Part shown: piece after piece, positions 22,623 through 35,733 of the stretch
How the letters are laid out: the number at the start of each line of letters is the position of its first letter
How positions within the stretch are numbered: position 1 is the first letter of the stretch
Assembly: GCA_010093605.1 (NCBI GenBank)
Contig: MU004184.1
Span: 1,808,801-1,872,800 of the forward strand
From: Lophium mytilinum
Taxonomy: Eukaryota
Length of the DNA stretch: 64,000 bases
Reading direction: 5' to 3'
Notes under the pieces: model-generated
Told to the model about the DNA's origin: nothing
Database searches by the model: none
Seen by the model: the letters and a program-made list of their open reading frames with translations, nothing else
Program-made: the position numbers and the translations under genes

Positions 22623-24775
22623 CTAGCCGTGGTTTTGCACAGGCGCGTACCCGTTGGAGTTGAACATGGGCGGCGCGTGTTCCACCGGAGGAGAGTAAAG
22701 AGCAGGCGGCATGTGTGTCATCCCCCCAATGCTCTGCGGGCGCTCGTAGGCAGTACTAGCGGTGAGAGGAGAGGTTTCTGCAATGGCAACGGCTGCGCCC
22801 TTGTCCATGCTACCGTGGTGGGAGATTTCGCCATGGTTGTCGTGCTCCTCGTGATGGCCATGCTCTTCATCATCGATCGCATAGGGCGCACCGCTCTTCT
22901 TCAAGCGCCAGTTGGCGAAAACAGCGGAGACGCGGTCGAAGATGAGAATCAGAAAGATGATGACCAGGCACGTTGGGAGAACGGCGGGGCTGGAGATGAA
23001 GTTGTAGAGAGCGTCCTCGTTCGAAACAACAGCGACCAGGCAAGCGCTCACGCCGAGCATGAGCGCGCGAATGAGGATGGAAAACCAGTCGAAGATATCG
23101 GATTTGTTCTTGCGGATCAAGATCATGAAGACGAGCGAACAGGCAATGAGCAGGGTAAGGGAGGACCAGTAGTAGACGTAAATGACGCGCCAAGCGTGAA
23201 ACATGATTTGTGTGGCGGTCAGATCCTTCATGCCTGCTGTGTCGGGAATCTTTACGCCAAGGGTTTCGTAAAGGGCACTCGTGGTGTCGATGAGGAGAGT
23301 GACTAAGTCATCTGGGTACTCGATGGACCACGAGGTGTAGGTCTGTTGGAAGGAGGTGGTGTTTGCTGCAGAACATATTCCAGTCGAGTTTGCGATCAAG
23401 GTGAGTCTGTCGTTGAGGGCCGGCATGAGGTAGGCAGCTTCAGCCTTCTTTTCGAACTGGTAGTATTGAATCTTCTTCGCGAGGGCATTCGCAAGATCCA
23501 TACCGTCGAGATGTTCCTTGACGCAATATGTCCAGAAAGCTTTGTCGACCTTTAGCATTTGCAAGCTGACATATCGAGCCAATGCAACTTGCTGAGAGCC
23601 TTCCACTAGGCCAACAATCGCGAGGTGTAGAGGGAAATGCAGAACAGACCAGATCTGCTGCCGTATTGTGCCGTAGTGTCCGTGGGGAGAGTTGTCGAAG
23701 TACAGCATCCAGACGAATACCTATCGGGGGTTAGGACTATTAGCTTCATATTAATAGCTGGGTCGGATGATCTTACCAGAACGAGGATGATGCAAATGAC
23801 GAGAAAAGATCCGGAAGGATCTAGACCGTACTTGCCCATCATTTTGCTGATAGTCTTGGTTACACCAATAGCACCCTCCCCAATGACAATCAAGGTGAGA
23901 AGCCCCATGCGCTCGACTAGATGGGTTTTCTTGAAGCTCAACATGGTCCAACAGCACGAGATAGCTATTGATCCAAAAGACTCCAAAAACATCACAATAT
24001 ACCAAACAACGTAGATCCTCCTGTGGCCAATGGAGTTTTCCTTGAACGCTGGAGTCATGCCCACGAAAACGATGGTGGCTGCTAGATAGATGAGGATATT
24101 CATAATAAGAGGGATGTACAATTTCTTGTACTTGGAGACTATCGTAGAGATGAGGACGACGATGTATTGAAGCGTAAGCAACGCCCTGCTCAGAACGAGG
24201 ACGTAGCAGAGAATTCGAAAGTTCTGTGCAGTGCGTTAGTTATCATGCAATGCTGTAGCAATAGCGGAGGCGTGTACTGAGTTATTGATCTTCGTAGGAT
24301 CTTCACCGTCACTCTTCTTCTCGTTTGGTTGAAACTTGGAACCCACGAGCGACAATCCAATGAATGCAATGAATTGGACGGTTTTGCATGTTCGCTCGAA
24401 GATTGAATCTCTGGCAAATCGGACATCGTGGAGCGTGATCTGGAACCAACTGCACCATAGAATGGCAAAAAACCCAATGTACGCGTATAGAGTATCACTG
24501 TCGGTAATAGAGTGATAGGCGGTGAACGTGGCGAGATTGGCCACGAAGAACAGATCGAAGAATAGCTCGAGAGTATTGGCCTCGTGTCGCTGGGAAAACA
24601 CAAGATGCTCCTTACTTGCACCTTGTAGGGGGTTCTCAATCCAGGGTACGATCTTGTGAAGCCTTTTCAGGTGCTTCTGTGCATCGCTGCAGTTTTGTTA
24701 GCCTGCGATGAGAGATTGAAAAGAGGAGTGAACGTACACTTCTCTCTTCTTAGATCCATGAACGCTGATACCCAT
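22623..24775 (-). CDS. Low temperature requirement A (LtrA)-family multi-pass membrane protein
   Basis: HEANTLELFFDLFFVANL, HDVRFARDS, HLVERMGLLTLIVIGEG and QIWSVLHFPLHLAI; 4 exons (ATG at 24775, introns ~24737-24687, ~24287-24227, ~23776-23722). Confidence 0.85.
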
Positions 24776-26531
24776 GTTGAACGCGGAACAAAGACAATGA
24801 ACTGAAACGCGTTATGTGGACGAAGTCGAGATGGAGCTGAAAACGGAGATCTCGAAGACGCGCGGGGAGAGGAAATATAAAGTATACAAGCGGCCGTGCG
24901 GGAGGGGCGTAGAGATCGTACGTCCAACACCGCTGTGATCGTTTTGGCCTTTTCCTAATTCGCATCGAAGCGCGATGAGGCTGGAGAGCAACCCTGCATG
25001 GCTCCAACAACATGCTCCAGGTTTGGACCGGGGAATGGCCGTGGGGGCTGAGTGGGAGGTCCATGAGAGGGCAGCATGGCTCAGGAGCGGTGCCAAGATC
25101 ATCCAAAGCTGTCAAGCTTTAGCAGATTCTGGACCAGCGCGCTTGATCATGCCGACTGGGGCAGAAATCTGCAGGATTCAGTGTTTGTATGATGCTATTC
25201 CGAGCCGACGTGGACTTTGCTTTGCATGCTAATAGCTTGGTATATCTTGGCAGGGTGAAATTAACCCGAGCTGAAAAGCTTCGCGTGTCTTGACCGACCC
25301 ACAGACATGAGGATGCCGTGTTCGAGGTCATAGGCCTCTTTTTTTTTTGGAATCCAGATGTGACTCGGAGAACAGTCGTGGCAAGGGACTCGGACAGTGG
25401 TTGATACTACCTCAGCAGAGCGCCCTGCTGGACAGCCACCACGCTACTGGGCGGTCAACGGCCATGCTGCAGTGTGGCAGTCTGTCACAGGCCGTTGGAC
25501 GAGTCGGGAGCGAGGCCTGCTCCCTGCGGTGATTCCTGCGGTGATTATTTGGGTCCGGTGTGTGGTCTGGAGCACGGAACCGCTGTGTCGTTTGCACCCC
25601 GAAGCTAGCGCCCTCCCGTAACCGATTTCTTTGTGGCAGTGCAAGCCTTTTCCAACATCATGCCTCTACCCTTCCCCGCCTATACAGCTCTACATGCGCT
25701 CATCATCAGCCTCACCCAGACATGCTGAGTTTCACCCCTGGTCTTCTTACACACGCCATGAATTGCTGGCAAACAACGACCAACGGGTTAGCCAAAGGCG
25801 CCTCTCATTTCAAGCAGGCCCCAGCCGTTATGCTAGCGCCGATCGTAATCGTTTCATCGACCACTTACCCAAAGCGGGGACAACAGGGTCCAGGCAGCCC
25901 TGTCAATTTCTAATAATTATCTGCCAAGCCTACATTTTGCTGACCGGTGGGTTCTCTCCTCTTCCCTATATAGACATGGAGAGATTTCTTCTCGGAGCCT
26001 CTAGGCCACACTCTAAATCTACCCTAAAGCTAAATCTACCCTAAAGCACAGCCTTGCTCTTAGAATTCAGATGCAATAACTATGTCCATATAAAGATCCA
26101 GGGGCTCCTTCACCCTGGTTAGGGCGTGATATTTCTGGGCAAAATGAGCCGGGTAGCGTCTGCCACGTAGAGGCAACTGCGACTATCTCTTATAGCCATG
26201 TGAGTCAATTGTATTGCCAGGTGTCGGCATAGAGAAATATGACATACATCTTCCATCTTGTCTTTACTTTAGGAAGAGGTGTTAGGGTCTAGGCTTTGTT
26301 ATTCATTGGTGCTGATCAAAGCTTTTTGTCCGAAACCCCAGCGAACGCGTGCTTTCCGGATGTCGCGACAGGGTAGTTGAAGCACGCGTCTGAGAAGAAG
26401 AGGAAGTCATGTACTCGGGGTGGTGGTAAATCTTCAAAATCTAACATCAGGGGACTCGATTGCTGTAAATTACTCATGTCCTGCTCGGATGAACTCTAAA
26501 TGCGCAGTCATACCTCCATCAATTTGCGATA

Positions 26532-27779
26532 TTACCACCTTCCAAGGCCCCCGTCCCTGACGTCCCCAAGTTCCGTCCACTCCCCCTCACTAGTAATCAC
26601 CGTCGTCTTCGTCCTTGACCCTCCCGACCCTTCCCCTGCCTGGTAATTCTGGAACAGCGCCTGCCGACTCGACTGCTGTGTCGAAACATACAATATCCGG
26701 AACGACGCCAAGCTAACAACGATAAGAGCGACTGAGAGTTCGACCCCAGACCAGCACACCAGCCAACTCAGGTCTAACTTTCCGTGCTGGGGCGCGAGCG
26801 CGATGCGGATGATAGCGATGATGATGACGAAGAGGGTGAGGGAGAAGATGCCGAAAAGGGCGAGCTTGGTCCAGGTCTTCAGACGGATGCGCCAGAGGAC
26901 GTTCGTTGAGAGGAGGATTACTAAGGTGGAGTTAGCGTGGGTAAGACTGAGGTATTGCTGTGTTTGGGGGAGAGTGTGGAAGCTTGTGCGTACTTGAGGC
27001 GTCAGTTAGCACGTCCAAGGCCGTTGTTAGGCGAAGAGTGACGAATTCGAAGGTTGTGGTGCGAGGCTCCATGCAGATACCTGCAAAATCAGTATATGCT
27101 GTACTCCGAAGGTAATCGTGTGCGTACTGATCATCTTCATGCCACTACTAGTAAGACAACGATAGTCGATAGTGCCAATGCATACCATAAAGGACGCAAC
27201 ACAAAAGCCGAGAACCGCATACCAAGTAATCCGCTGATTAAGTAGTTTGTCACCGAAATTCCGAAAGAACACAATGAAAGAAATCTTGATGCTCCATAAG
27301 CTGACATATGACAGTATATATGCAGCCAGATTCCCTCGGATCAGGCGTTCTACCCGCTCTAGAAAATCCGCGGGAATGGCGTTGACCTGGCCGGTTGCAA
27401 GGGCAAGATCGAAGTAGAGTTCTTTGCGAACGTGAGTCCATATCGCGGCATTGGCGACTGATAGCACCCAGGCCAAAATGACAAATGGATCATCTGGCTG
27501 CAGACGGTGCCATACTTTGAGGCGAATGCAAATGCGGGCGGTTAGGAAGACGAACGAAACAGCGACACCAGCCCAAAGACTTGCCTTGTGGCAGTTAGTC
27601 AACTGAGTACATACATGTAACATGTAATATGCAACACGCAACGGGAAGGATCGAAGGTTCTCTTCACACGATCAAAGGTTTGAGAAGAAAGTAATGCTTA
27701 CAATAAGTGCCGTCTCCGAGACTCGGCCAGCCGATACTGGCGCGTTACCCGGCACTACGAGCTCTGGTGAATTCGACAT
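26532..27779 (-). CDS. PTH11-like (fungal rhodopsin-domain) integral membrane protein
   Basis: Multi-exon 7-TM pattern: RICIRLKVW...DDPFVILAW, SLWSIKISFIVFF, ALDVLTDAS, GIFSLTLFVIIIAIIR, WSGVELSVALIVVSLASFR. Confidence 0.8.
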
Positions 27780-28581
27780 GACAAATGATTACTGGTACTC
27801 TAGCGAACGGATGTCAGCCTCGTTTTATGCCACTCGACATTCGTGAATAGTGTCGGTCCCCGATGATTTGACTGTTTCATGCGATTCCGACCCTCCTTCC
27901 CACGAAACATGGATTGCAGGCATTAGCGATGTTGCATTCCGGCTAGCAAGGGATAGAACGACTAAGATGTTTATGCGTTGCGCGGTGTTACAGAAAAGAA
28001 AAGGAGTGTGCAATTTCGCTCTCAGCTTTGTCCGAGCTACGCCACTGTCAATCATGTACTGATCTACATATCCGTGGATTCGCCACCGCCATGAGTATGC
28101 TCGGGTCTTTTCCGATGTTTTGATGGAAGGCGAAACCGTTGTGGTCTTTCCATCGAAGTCACGTGACTATCAAGACCCAGCTAACCCGCTTTGCATTAGC
28201 CTGTCCCGCTTCTCGTTTACATAAGCTGGCTTCCCCCCTTACCTTCTATTCTCCGCCAAATTCTACCCATACCACGTACGTGAGTGCGACAATACGAGAC
28301 GCGGAAGTGCACCATCCGAGCCCTAGAGTGACATGATAGCCTAATGCACTCCGGAGCAAGGCTGTGCCACAATCAATCATGCCCAGGTGGAAGGTATGAT
28401 CTGCCCGTATACTCGGGTCCACCGTAGGGAAACAAGAGAGTCTGTGCAGCCAAACACTGTGCCACGGTAAGCTATTAAATCAGAGTCTTATCGTAGTCAG
28501 TTTAGGTTGTTAGTTTTGCTCAAATTCACCGTTCGAATCCCTCCATTCGTGTATTACTCTTACCCAGTCGCTTTACCCAAA

Positions 28582-29912
28582 ATGCATCCGATCGTCTATC
28601 TCTTCGCAGAGATTGCTATCACTGTCTTTGTCATTGGGTTCACTCCGCCCAACTCGCTTTTTCGGTTGGTGGGATTACTGGCAGTCGCCTTCTGCGTGTT
28701 CCAATGCATACCACTCTGCATGCCTTACATGATCCGAACGCCCTGGGCAGCTCTCGTGGGTGGCTATTCGGTCACATATGCGTACCACTATCTTGATGTC
28801 GCTCTTCTCAGTCGCTGGAGCTTTGAACAAGGAGCGCCAGTCAGCGGCCTCACGAAACCGTCCACCGATGTGAAAGGCTCTCAAGCAATCTCAGCGCCTA
28901 GTGGCAGAAACCCTATCATCCAACAACTCTTATTCGGATTGAAGATAACTTTCTCTTGGCGATTCATCGACACCCCATACCAAATTAAGAATGTCCCTCC
29001 AGTCATCGCAAAAAACCGTAAAGACTTTCTCCTACGAACGTTCGTCACGATTGCTATCTCATACGTTGTGTTGGACATCATCAGTTCAAGCAACGATTCA
29101 GCAATTGCCTCCAAGTTCCTAGGACTGGACAAAGTTCCTTTCCTGACTCGATTGAACCAAATCAGCGCGGAAGAGCTAGTTATACGGGCCTTCACCGTCT
29201 TGGCTGCAGGCATTGGCCTCAACTGCGTTCAGGGAGGTATTTACCACGTTTTCGCACTCCTTGCTGTCAGCTCGGGCATTTCTGAGCCATCAGAATGGCC
29301 CCCATTCTACGGATCGGTGCGCGCAGCGTACAGCCTAAGAGCATTCTGGAAGTTAGTCACCGATCACATTCCTACTGTTGACTTGGGCTAACCCAATGAA
29401 GTATCTTCTGGCACCAAACGAACGCAAGGAAGTTCTCTTCCATCTCTCACTACACCGTCCACAATGTGCTCATGCTTCCTCGTGGCACAACGATCGCGCG
29501 GTATTTGCGAGTTGTGGCGGCTTTCATGTCTTCAGGAATCATGCACCTGCTGGATGACCTTTCTTCGGGCGTCTCAGTTCACGATTCGGGCGCTATGCGT
29601 TTCTTTGTGGCTCAAGCTCTGGGAATGATCATCGAAGACTCCATCACGAGAGTGTACGGAAGTCTTCCGAAAAGAGCGAAATTATCCAGGCTTTTGGAAA
29701 GAGTCGTCGGTTTCATCTGGGTTGCATTATTCCTGACTTGGTCTGTCCCTGCTTATATGTACCCGATGATGTGGCGTGGGAATCTGGGATTGAACGACTC
29801 CACCATCCCCTTCAGCTTCTTTGGCTCGAACGCGGAACGTCTCCAGGCATTGGCGTGTCTGGCAGCCGCTGGCCTTGTTTCGCTCTCTGGGATTAGGTTG
29901 ATGGGCGTGTAG
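28582..29912 (+). CDS. Membrane-bound O-acyltransferase, TRI7/wax-synthase-like (MBOAT_2)
   Basis: WPPFYGSVRAAYSLRAFW/(N)IFWHQ and AFMSSGIMH motifs; several TM segments; 1 intron (~29351-29401). Confidence 0.87.
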
Positions 29913-30377
29913 GTCAGTGATAAGAGAGACCGGTAGGATTGCGGCGTAGTCGAAGGTGCATCTAGACTGGCTCTGAAATCCAAATACCCGGCCGAGATAC
30001 TACGTGGAATTCAAGGCCCAACCGTTTCCGTTGGCAGTACCGTTACATCTCCCTTGCATAGGCTATAGTTGGGAATGTGTCACTACATCCCCACGTGAGG
30101 CGTAGTCGCAGGATTCAGCATCTCCAATTATCGCGGCGAGAACATGACAAGGATTCTAATCCAATGGAGCAAGTGAGTGTTGTCTTTACCTCCTCCTTTT
30201 CTTACTAGCTCCTACAGAAGAGAATTTAGGGTCAATTTCACGTGATATCCTATCAGGCTCGTTTCCTGTACTATCAAAAGCCCGATTTCGCCTCTAGCTC
30301 ACTTCTCCACAAGTAATCAAGCCAGTCCTGCTAGCTCCGGCCAATTTCCACCCAGTAACATTACTGCTGTATGGAAT

Positions 30378-32414
30378 ATGGATCACTCAACGAACTCACC
30401 CACGGAAGAAGAGCGCACCACTGAGGACGCCAAACCCGACGCCATCAAGGGTTCATCACAAGGCAGGGAGGAAAGCAATGAAACGCGAAACATTGCTTAT
30501 TTACGCTCGTGGCGTCTTTTGCTCGTCATCAGCTCTCTCTGTCTCGGCACTCTCCTCGTAGCTATCGATACCACCATTATCGCTGTTGCAGTTCCAAAGA
30601 TATCCACCTATTTCGGGACCTTCGATGATATCCAGTGGTACGGATCGGCATATCTCCTCACGGTCACCGCCTTTCAGCCAGCTTTCGGAAGCCTCTATAG
30701 ATACTACGGCGCAAAAGAAATATACCTTATTTCTATCCTCATTTTCGAAGTTGGATCGATCCTTTGCGCCGCCGCCCCTAAATCTTCGGTCTTCATAGTT
30801 GGCCGAGCAGTAGCAGGAGTCGGAGCCGCGGGCTTATATCAGGGAGCTTTAGCAATTGTTGGCCTCACGGTAGACCTTACGAAACGCCCTCTATACCTCG
30901 GAATTGTGCTCAGCGTGTTCGGAGTCGCGGTCTGCTTTGGCCCACCGTTGGGAGGAGTCTTTACAGATCATTCTTCGTGGAGATGGTGCTTCTGGATGTA
31001 CGTTCATAGATTTCTAGCTCCGATACAACTATCGCTGATGGGTATTTCAGAAACTTGCCTATCGGAGCTGTGTCTTTGATTCTCATAGCAATCTTCCTAA
31101 AGATCGAGCAGCATCAGGAGGAACTGTCCCTACCATGGAAGGCAAAAGTGAAGAAGCTTGACCTTATGGGAATTTTTGCCATCATTGGAGCCGTCTCCTG
31201 TCTGATTCTCGCTCTCCAATGGGGGCAGGTGGGCGGTCACTGGAGCGAAGCAAAGGTCATCGGATGTTTTGTCGCCGCATTCTTGTTAACAATTGGGTTC
31301 GGATTTATTCAGTGGAGAAAGGGCGATTCAGCAACAATTCCTTTGAGGATCCTTAGCCAGCGGTCCATCTTCATGGGTGCTTGGTATCTATTCTTCCTGG
31401 AAATGGCAATTTATGTTGTGAGTTCCGAGTATCCACTATTGAATTCGCAGCAGTCCCACTAACATAGATGAAGGATCTCTTCTACATCCCCTTCTACTTC
31501 CAATCAGCACAGCTTATTTCCGCAACTTCTAGCGGTGTTAAGGCGGTTCCTCTAGGACTAGCCCAGATCATCGCCATCGTTATAGTCGGAGGCATAGTCT
31601 CTAAGTTCGGACACTACGTATGCTATATTTGTAGACAAGGTTTCTTAACTGACCCTTCTTAGGTTCCCTTCATGGTGCTCGGGCAACTTGTTACAATCCT
31701 AGGAACAGCATTGCTCACTCATATTATTGTCAGCACGCGATACGTTCTAGTTGCGATCTACCTAGTAATATCTGGCATCGGTTTTGGCATGGGTCTCCAA
31801 ATGCCTTTCACAGGAGTTCAGGCAGTATTGCCGTAAGTAAATGCTCTCTCGGAATTTCATGTATCCCTATTCGAACTAATCTGATAATCTAGGGGTGATG
31901 AGGTACCAATTGGCAACGGTGAGGAAGCCCTGCATCAATGACCACCAGAATTGATAGGCTAATGTGTTTCCGTAGCTATCATGGTATTCTTCTCTCAGCT
32001 TGGGGCGTAAGTATCTCTTCACCCAAATCGGATTTCGCTAAGGATCATAGCGGTATTGCCATTGCGATTGCCCAGAGCGTCTTCGCCAGCAGTCTCCAAC
32101 ACGACATTACCCATGGAGTGCGAACTCAAGATCCACGATTCGCAATGGTCCGACCTGCTGCTGTGATTGCCGCAGGTCCCACTGGGCTCAGGGCTTTCAC
32201 CCATGATGCAGTCGTTTTGACATTTCTCCAAGGTTGCTTTGCTCATGCTGTGAGGAATACGTTATTTGTAGCATTAGCTACCTCGATCATCGCGGTGCCT
32301 TTTGCACTCGGAATGCAGTGGTTGAATGTGAAGAAGGTCAACAAACATAATGCGATGCTTGAATGGCCAGAAATAAACGGGAGTCTCGAGAACAAGGATG
32401 TGACACCTCCGTGA
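30378..32414 (+). CDS. MFS drug/toxin efflux transporter (DHA2/14-TMS type)
   Basis: LLVAIDTTIIAVAVPKI, WYGSAYLLT, FEVGSILCAAAP, GRAVAGVGAAG, GPPLGGVFT...SWRWCFW/(I)NLPIG; multiple introns. Confidence 0.92.
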
Positions 32415-32996
32415 TCACTGATAAGCACAATAGTATTAGAAGTATAACGTATGTTTGACCGGTCACCGAGCTTCCGCAAACATTAGAGTTCGCATAAAAC
32501 AGTCAAATTCTCTCGCGCCAGTAAAGGTCCATGCGTGGAAAAATCTAGTAACAAGTCTAAAGCTGGGACAGCGCGGCCTGGATGCTGGCTGCGTCCCATA
32601 CTAGCAAGGGAGGAAGCACAGCATTGCCACAAAGTCCAACGAACGACAGAAATACCACAGCGCTTTCCTTTATCATACATGCATATTCCGGGGTGTCGAT
32701 ATGGCCGAGGGTCTGAAAGCTAGGTTTGGCCCCATCAGCTCATTCTACGCCGCAATGAAGCGTACGATGCTACCATGAACATTCCAACCCAGAGGACTTC
32801 CTCAGGTATTTCTCGGGGAGTACAGTACTGCAAGCAATGCAGCTGATAATAGGCTGACCGAATGCGGTCGAGACAGTCGGACCGGAGCCCGAAACAATGA
32901 TACAAAAGACTTCTTCTTTCTTATTGAAGTGAAAGAGATTGTACTGACGCTTCTAACGATCTGAGAACTCTCAAGGTTTTCACTCTTAAAATAGAA

Positions 32997-35091
32997 ATGA
33001 ATTCGACACACATTCATCACAGTGCCCTCAAATTGGCGCAAGCTTCAATGCTGGAGTTTGAGCCCAATGGGGGTATGACACCCCTCACCAGAAGTCTTAC
33101 ATACCTTCTAGCATTCCTTGCTTTATGGAGAAGTCTCGTCGTCTTTCGAATGCATACTAGACGCCCTGTGAGTATTACAACGAAACATCCTCTGAGCCTC
33201 CAATGCTTCGTCTAACCGAGATATAGAGAAACCTCCCCATCAAATACCAATATTTTGCTATCGGAAAATTATTCTTCAACTTCGACTTCATCCTCGAAGC
33301 ACCCTCTCGAATTTTCCGTGGATATCACGACCTTGAAAAGATATCTTTCGCGCTCCCCACTTTGACAGAGTATCAAGTGCTTGCGTGCTCAGACCAAGAC
33401 GTGAAGGCTGTTTGTGAGAGCTCGGAGCGGACGCTTTCGTTTCACGCGGCTATGACTGACGTAAGCTTTTCCTTCGATAACTTAATTTGACAAATTACTG
33501 AGTTTGACCCAGCGCCTTAAGCATAAGTACACCATGTTTGGATTCGAGCACAACGACGTTGATCCCCATAACGCCGTTCCGGCCCGCACTCTGCGGATTT
33601 TATTGAAGAAACATCTACCGGCATTGAGGCCGATTATCGAAGCTAGAGTGAGAGAGGGCTTTGAGAAAGAGCTTTGCAAGATTAGCAAGGATTCGAATGG
33701 TAATGCTGCGACATTATGAAGCTTTCACTACTAACGTGTCGGTGAAGGATGGAGTAGCGTCTCGGCCTTCGGCCTATCTAAACGGATTACAGAGCGAGTG
33801 AATAGCCAGATCTTTCTCGGTACTGAACTAGGTACGATCGAAACATGTGTTTGACCCCGGATAATATGACTGATACTTTCAAAGCCAATGCGTCCGATTT
33901 TATGATCTCTGCCATCCGATATAGTCACGATGCGATAGTTGCGGCGGAGATATGTCGACAGCTACCCTCAATACTCACGCCGTATGTATCTCGTATCCAT
34001 GCTAGATGTATTGCTAACATCCAGCAGCATCGTAGCTCCAGCGATCATGAGGTGGAGTGGAGCCATGAAGGCGGTTGCTGCATCGATTAAGAAAGTTGTT
34101 GAGCAGAAATTACATGAGATCGACTCTGAATCCAGCTCTATACCCGAACATGTGAGCCCTTTTCGAAATGCTACCTCTTGTCGTGCTAGACTGACGTAGA
34201 CTGAGATGGACTGCTTGCAATGGGTCATCGAGTCTTCTCGTACTAAAGCGCAGAAGACAATTGATCGATTGGTGCAGCAAGTAGGGGCGGTGTTTTTTGC
34301 TGCTGCTCATCAGATGCCTATGGTAAATCAATCACCTTTCCAACCCTTGCAAGCAACGTCAGCTCATGGTAAATCAGGCTCTGGTATACGCACTCTATAG
34401 TATGTGCGATCATCCAGAGTATGTCGAGCTTCTTCGAAGTGAAGCAAAACAATACATGGACTCTGACATCGGAGATTCTTTCAAACACATGCATCTCTTA
34501 GATGCTTTCCTTCGTGAATCGGCACGGCTCAATCCCCTGGACGCATGTAAGTGGCAGTTCGGCGTATAGAGCGGGTACTTTCATGGCCTGCGAGCTAACA
34601 ATAATATGAGTGTCTATTCAAAGGAAAGTCCTTGAGCCTTTGAGCTTACCTAGCGGAGGTCTTATACCAGACGGCAACTTGATAGCAGTGCCTCAACAAG
34701 CCATTTTGAGAAACAGTGATCTCTACCCTAATCCAGAGTGTTTCAATGCCTACAGATACTTCCCAGTTTCTGTTCAAGCGCATCCAGAGAGGGCACAAAT
34801 GAAGACGCAATTCACGGACGTGAGTCGCGCTTATTCATATTGGGGATCAACTCGAAAACCATGGTGAGCGAAACCACCCAGGAAATACTGGATGTCTTCG
34901 CTGACACAGCATTGAGTCCCGGGAGATGGTACGTATCCGAAACCTTGAAGGTGGCGCTTGTACACCTGCTCATGAACTACGACTTTAAATTGGAGGACGA
35001 GGAAGCGTCAAGATCATTTTTCTGGACTACTGCGATTGTCCCCCGTCTGCGGACGAAGATTGTTATGAGAAAACGAGAAACTAGCGAGTGA
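32997..35091 (+). CDS. Cytochrome P450 monooxygenase (ent-kaurene-oxidase-like, secondary metabolism type)
   Basis: I-helix FAAAHQ, ExxR (LRESAR), YPNPECFNAYRY, and heme motif WGSTRKPC/PGRW split by an intron; many short introns. Start codon uncertain. Confidence 0.85.
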
Positions 35092-35169
35092 CTGTAATCG
35101 AAAGGGGAGGGTCTGTAACGCAGAACATCATGGAGAGAGTGTGTCAATGAGAATCGAAACCATCACAGA

Positions 35170-35733
35170 TCATTCCTGCTTGATATCGAAAACTCCTCTA
35201 GCCGCCTGCTGAAACTTCTCGTCCTCAACCCCATTCAACCATTCTTCTACCTCGCCCAGATCCTCTTTACTCAGCCCCTCCTTCCTCCGACACAGCAAAT
35301 TAATCGCCGATGCCGAGAATAAAGTCTTATGCGCAAATACAAGCATCCAATCCCCACCGTCGCGCGCCGTGAAGCTCAGAATCTCCCACCGTCCACGAGC
35401 AACCCTAAGAAGCCCCTTTCCCTGCCACGTGTATGTACCCGTCTCGCCGTCTACCGGAGTGTCTTTCCCGACTACTATTTTGACAGTGTCCGAGATCATC
35501 GTTTGGTAACATGCGGTGTCCTCGATATGAGAACCCGAGGGAGCGGGGTTGTAGTGGAGGCGGACGTTACGTTTGTCTTTCCAGAAGGGGTTGGAGGAGC
35601 GAAGGATGAACCAGTCTCCTGTGAAAAGGTCGGAGAGAGGAGCTTGGAAACTGGGGAGGGATGTGGGCTTAAGATGGAGTGCTGTTGAGGGCGGGCGGAA
35701 GTGAGGTCGTGGGAATAAGGTTGGGAGAGACAT
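35170..35733 (-). CDS. Lipocalin/calycin-like hypothetical protein (~187 aa)
   Basis: GDWFILRSSNPFWKDKRNVRLHY, YTWQGKGLLRVARGRWEIL, WMLVFAHKTLFS...LLCR pattern typical of a fungal calycin-like family; intronless. Confidence 0.65.
   Translation of the reverse strand: MSLPTLFPRPHFRPPSTALHLKPTSLPSFQAPLSDLFTGDWFILRSSNPFWKDKRNVRLHYNPAPSGSHIEDTACYQTMISDTVKIVVGKDTPVDGETGTYTWQGKGLLRVARGRWEILSFTARDGGDWMLVFAHKTLFSASAINLLCRRKEGLSKEDLGEVEEWLNGVEDEKFQQAARGVFDIKQE

Noticed and set aside
26013..26047. Telomere-like CCCTAA sequence
   Set aside because: Only a 17-bp direct duplication (CTAAATCTACCCTAAAG x2), not a telomeric tract.
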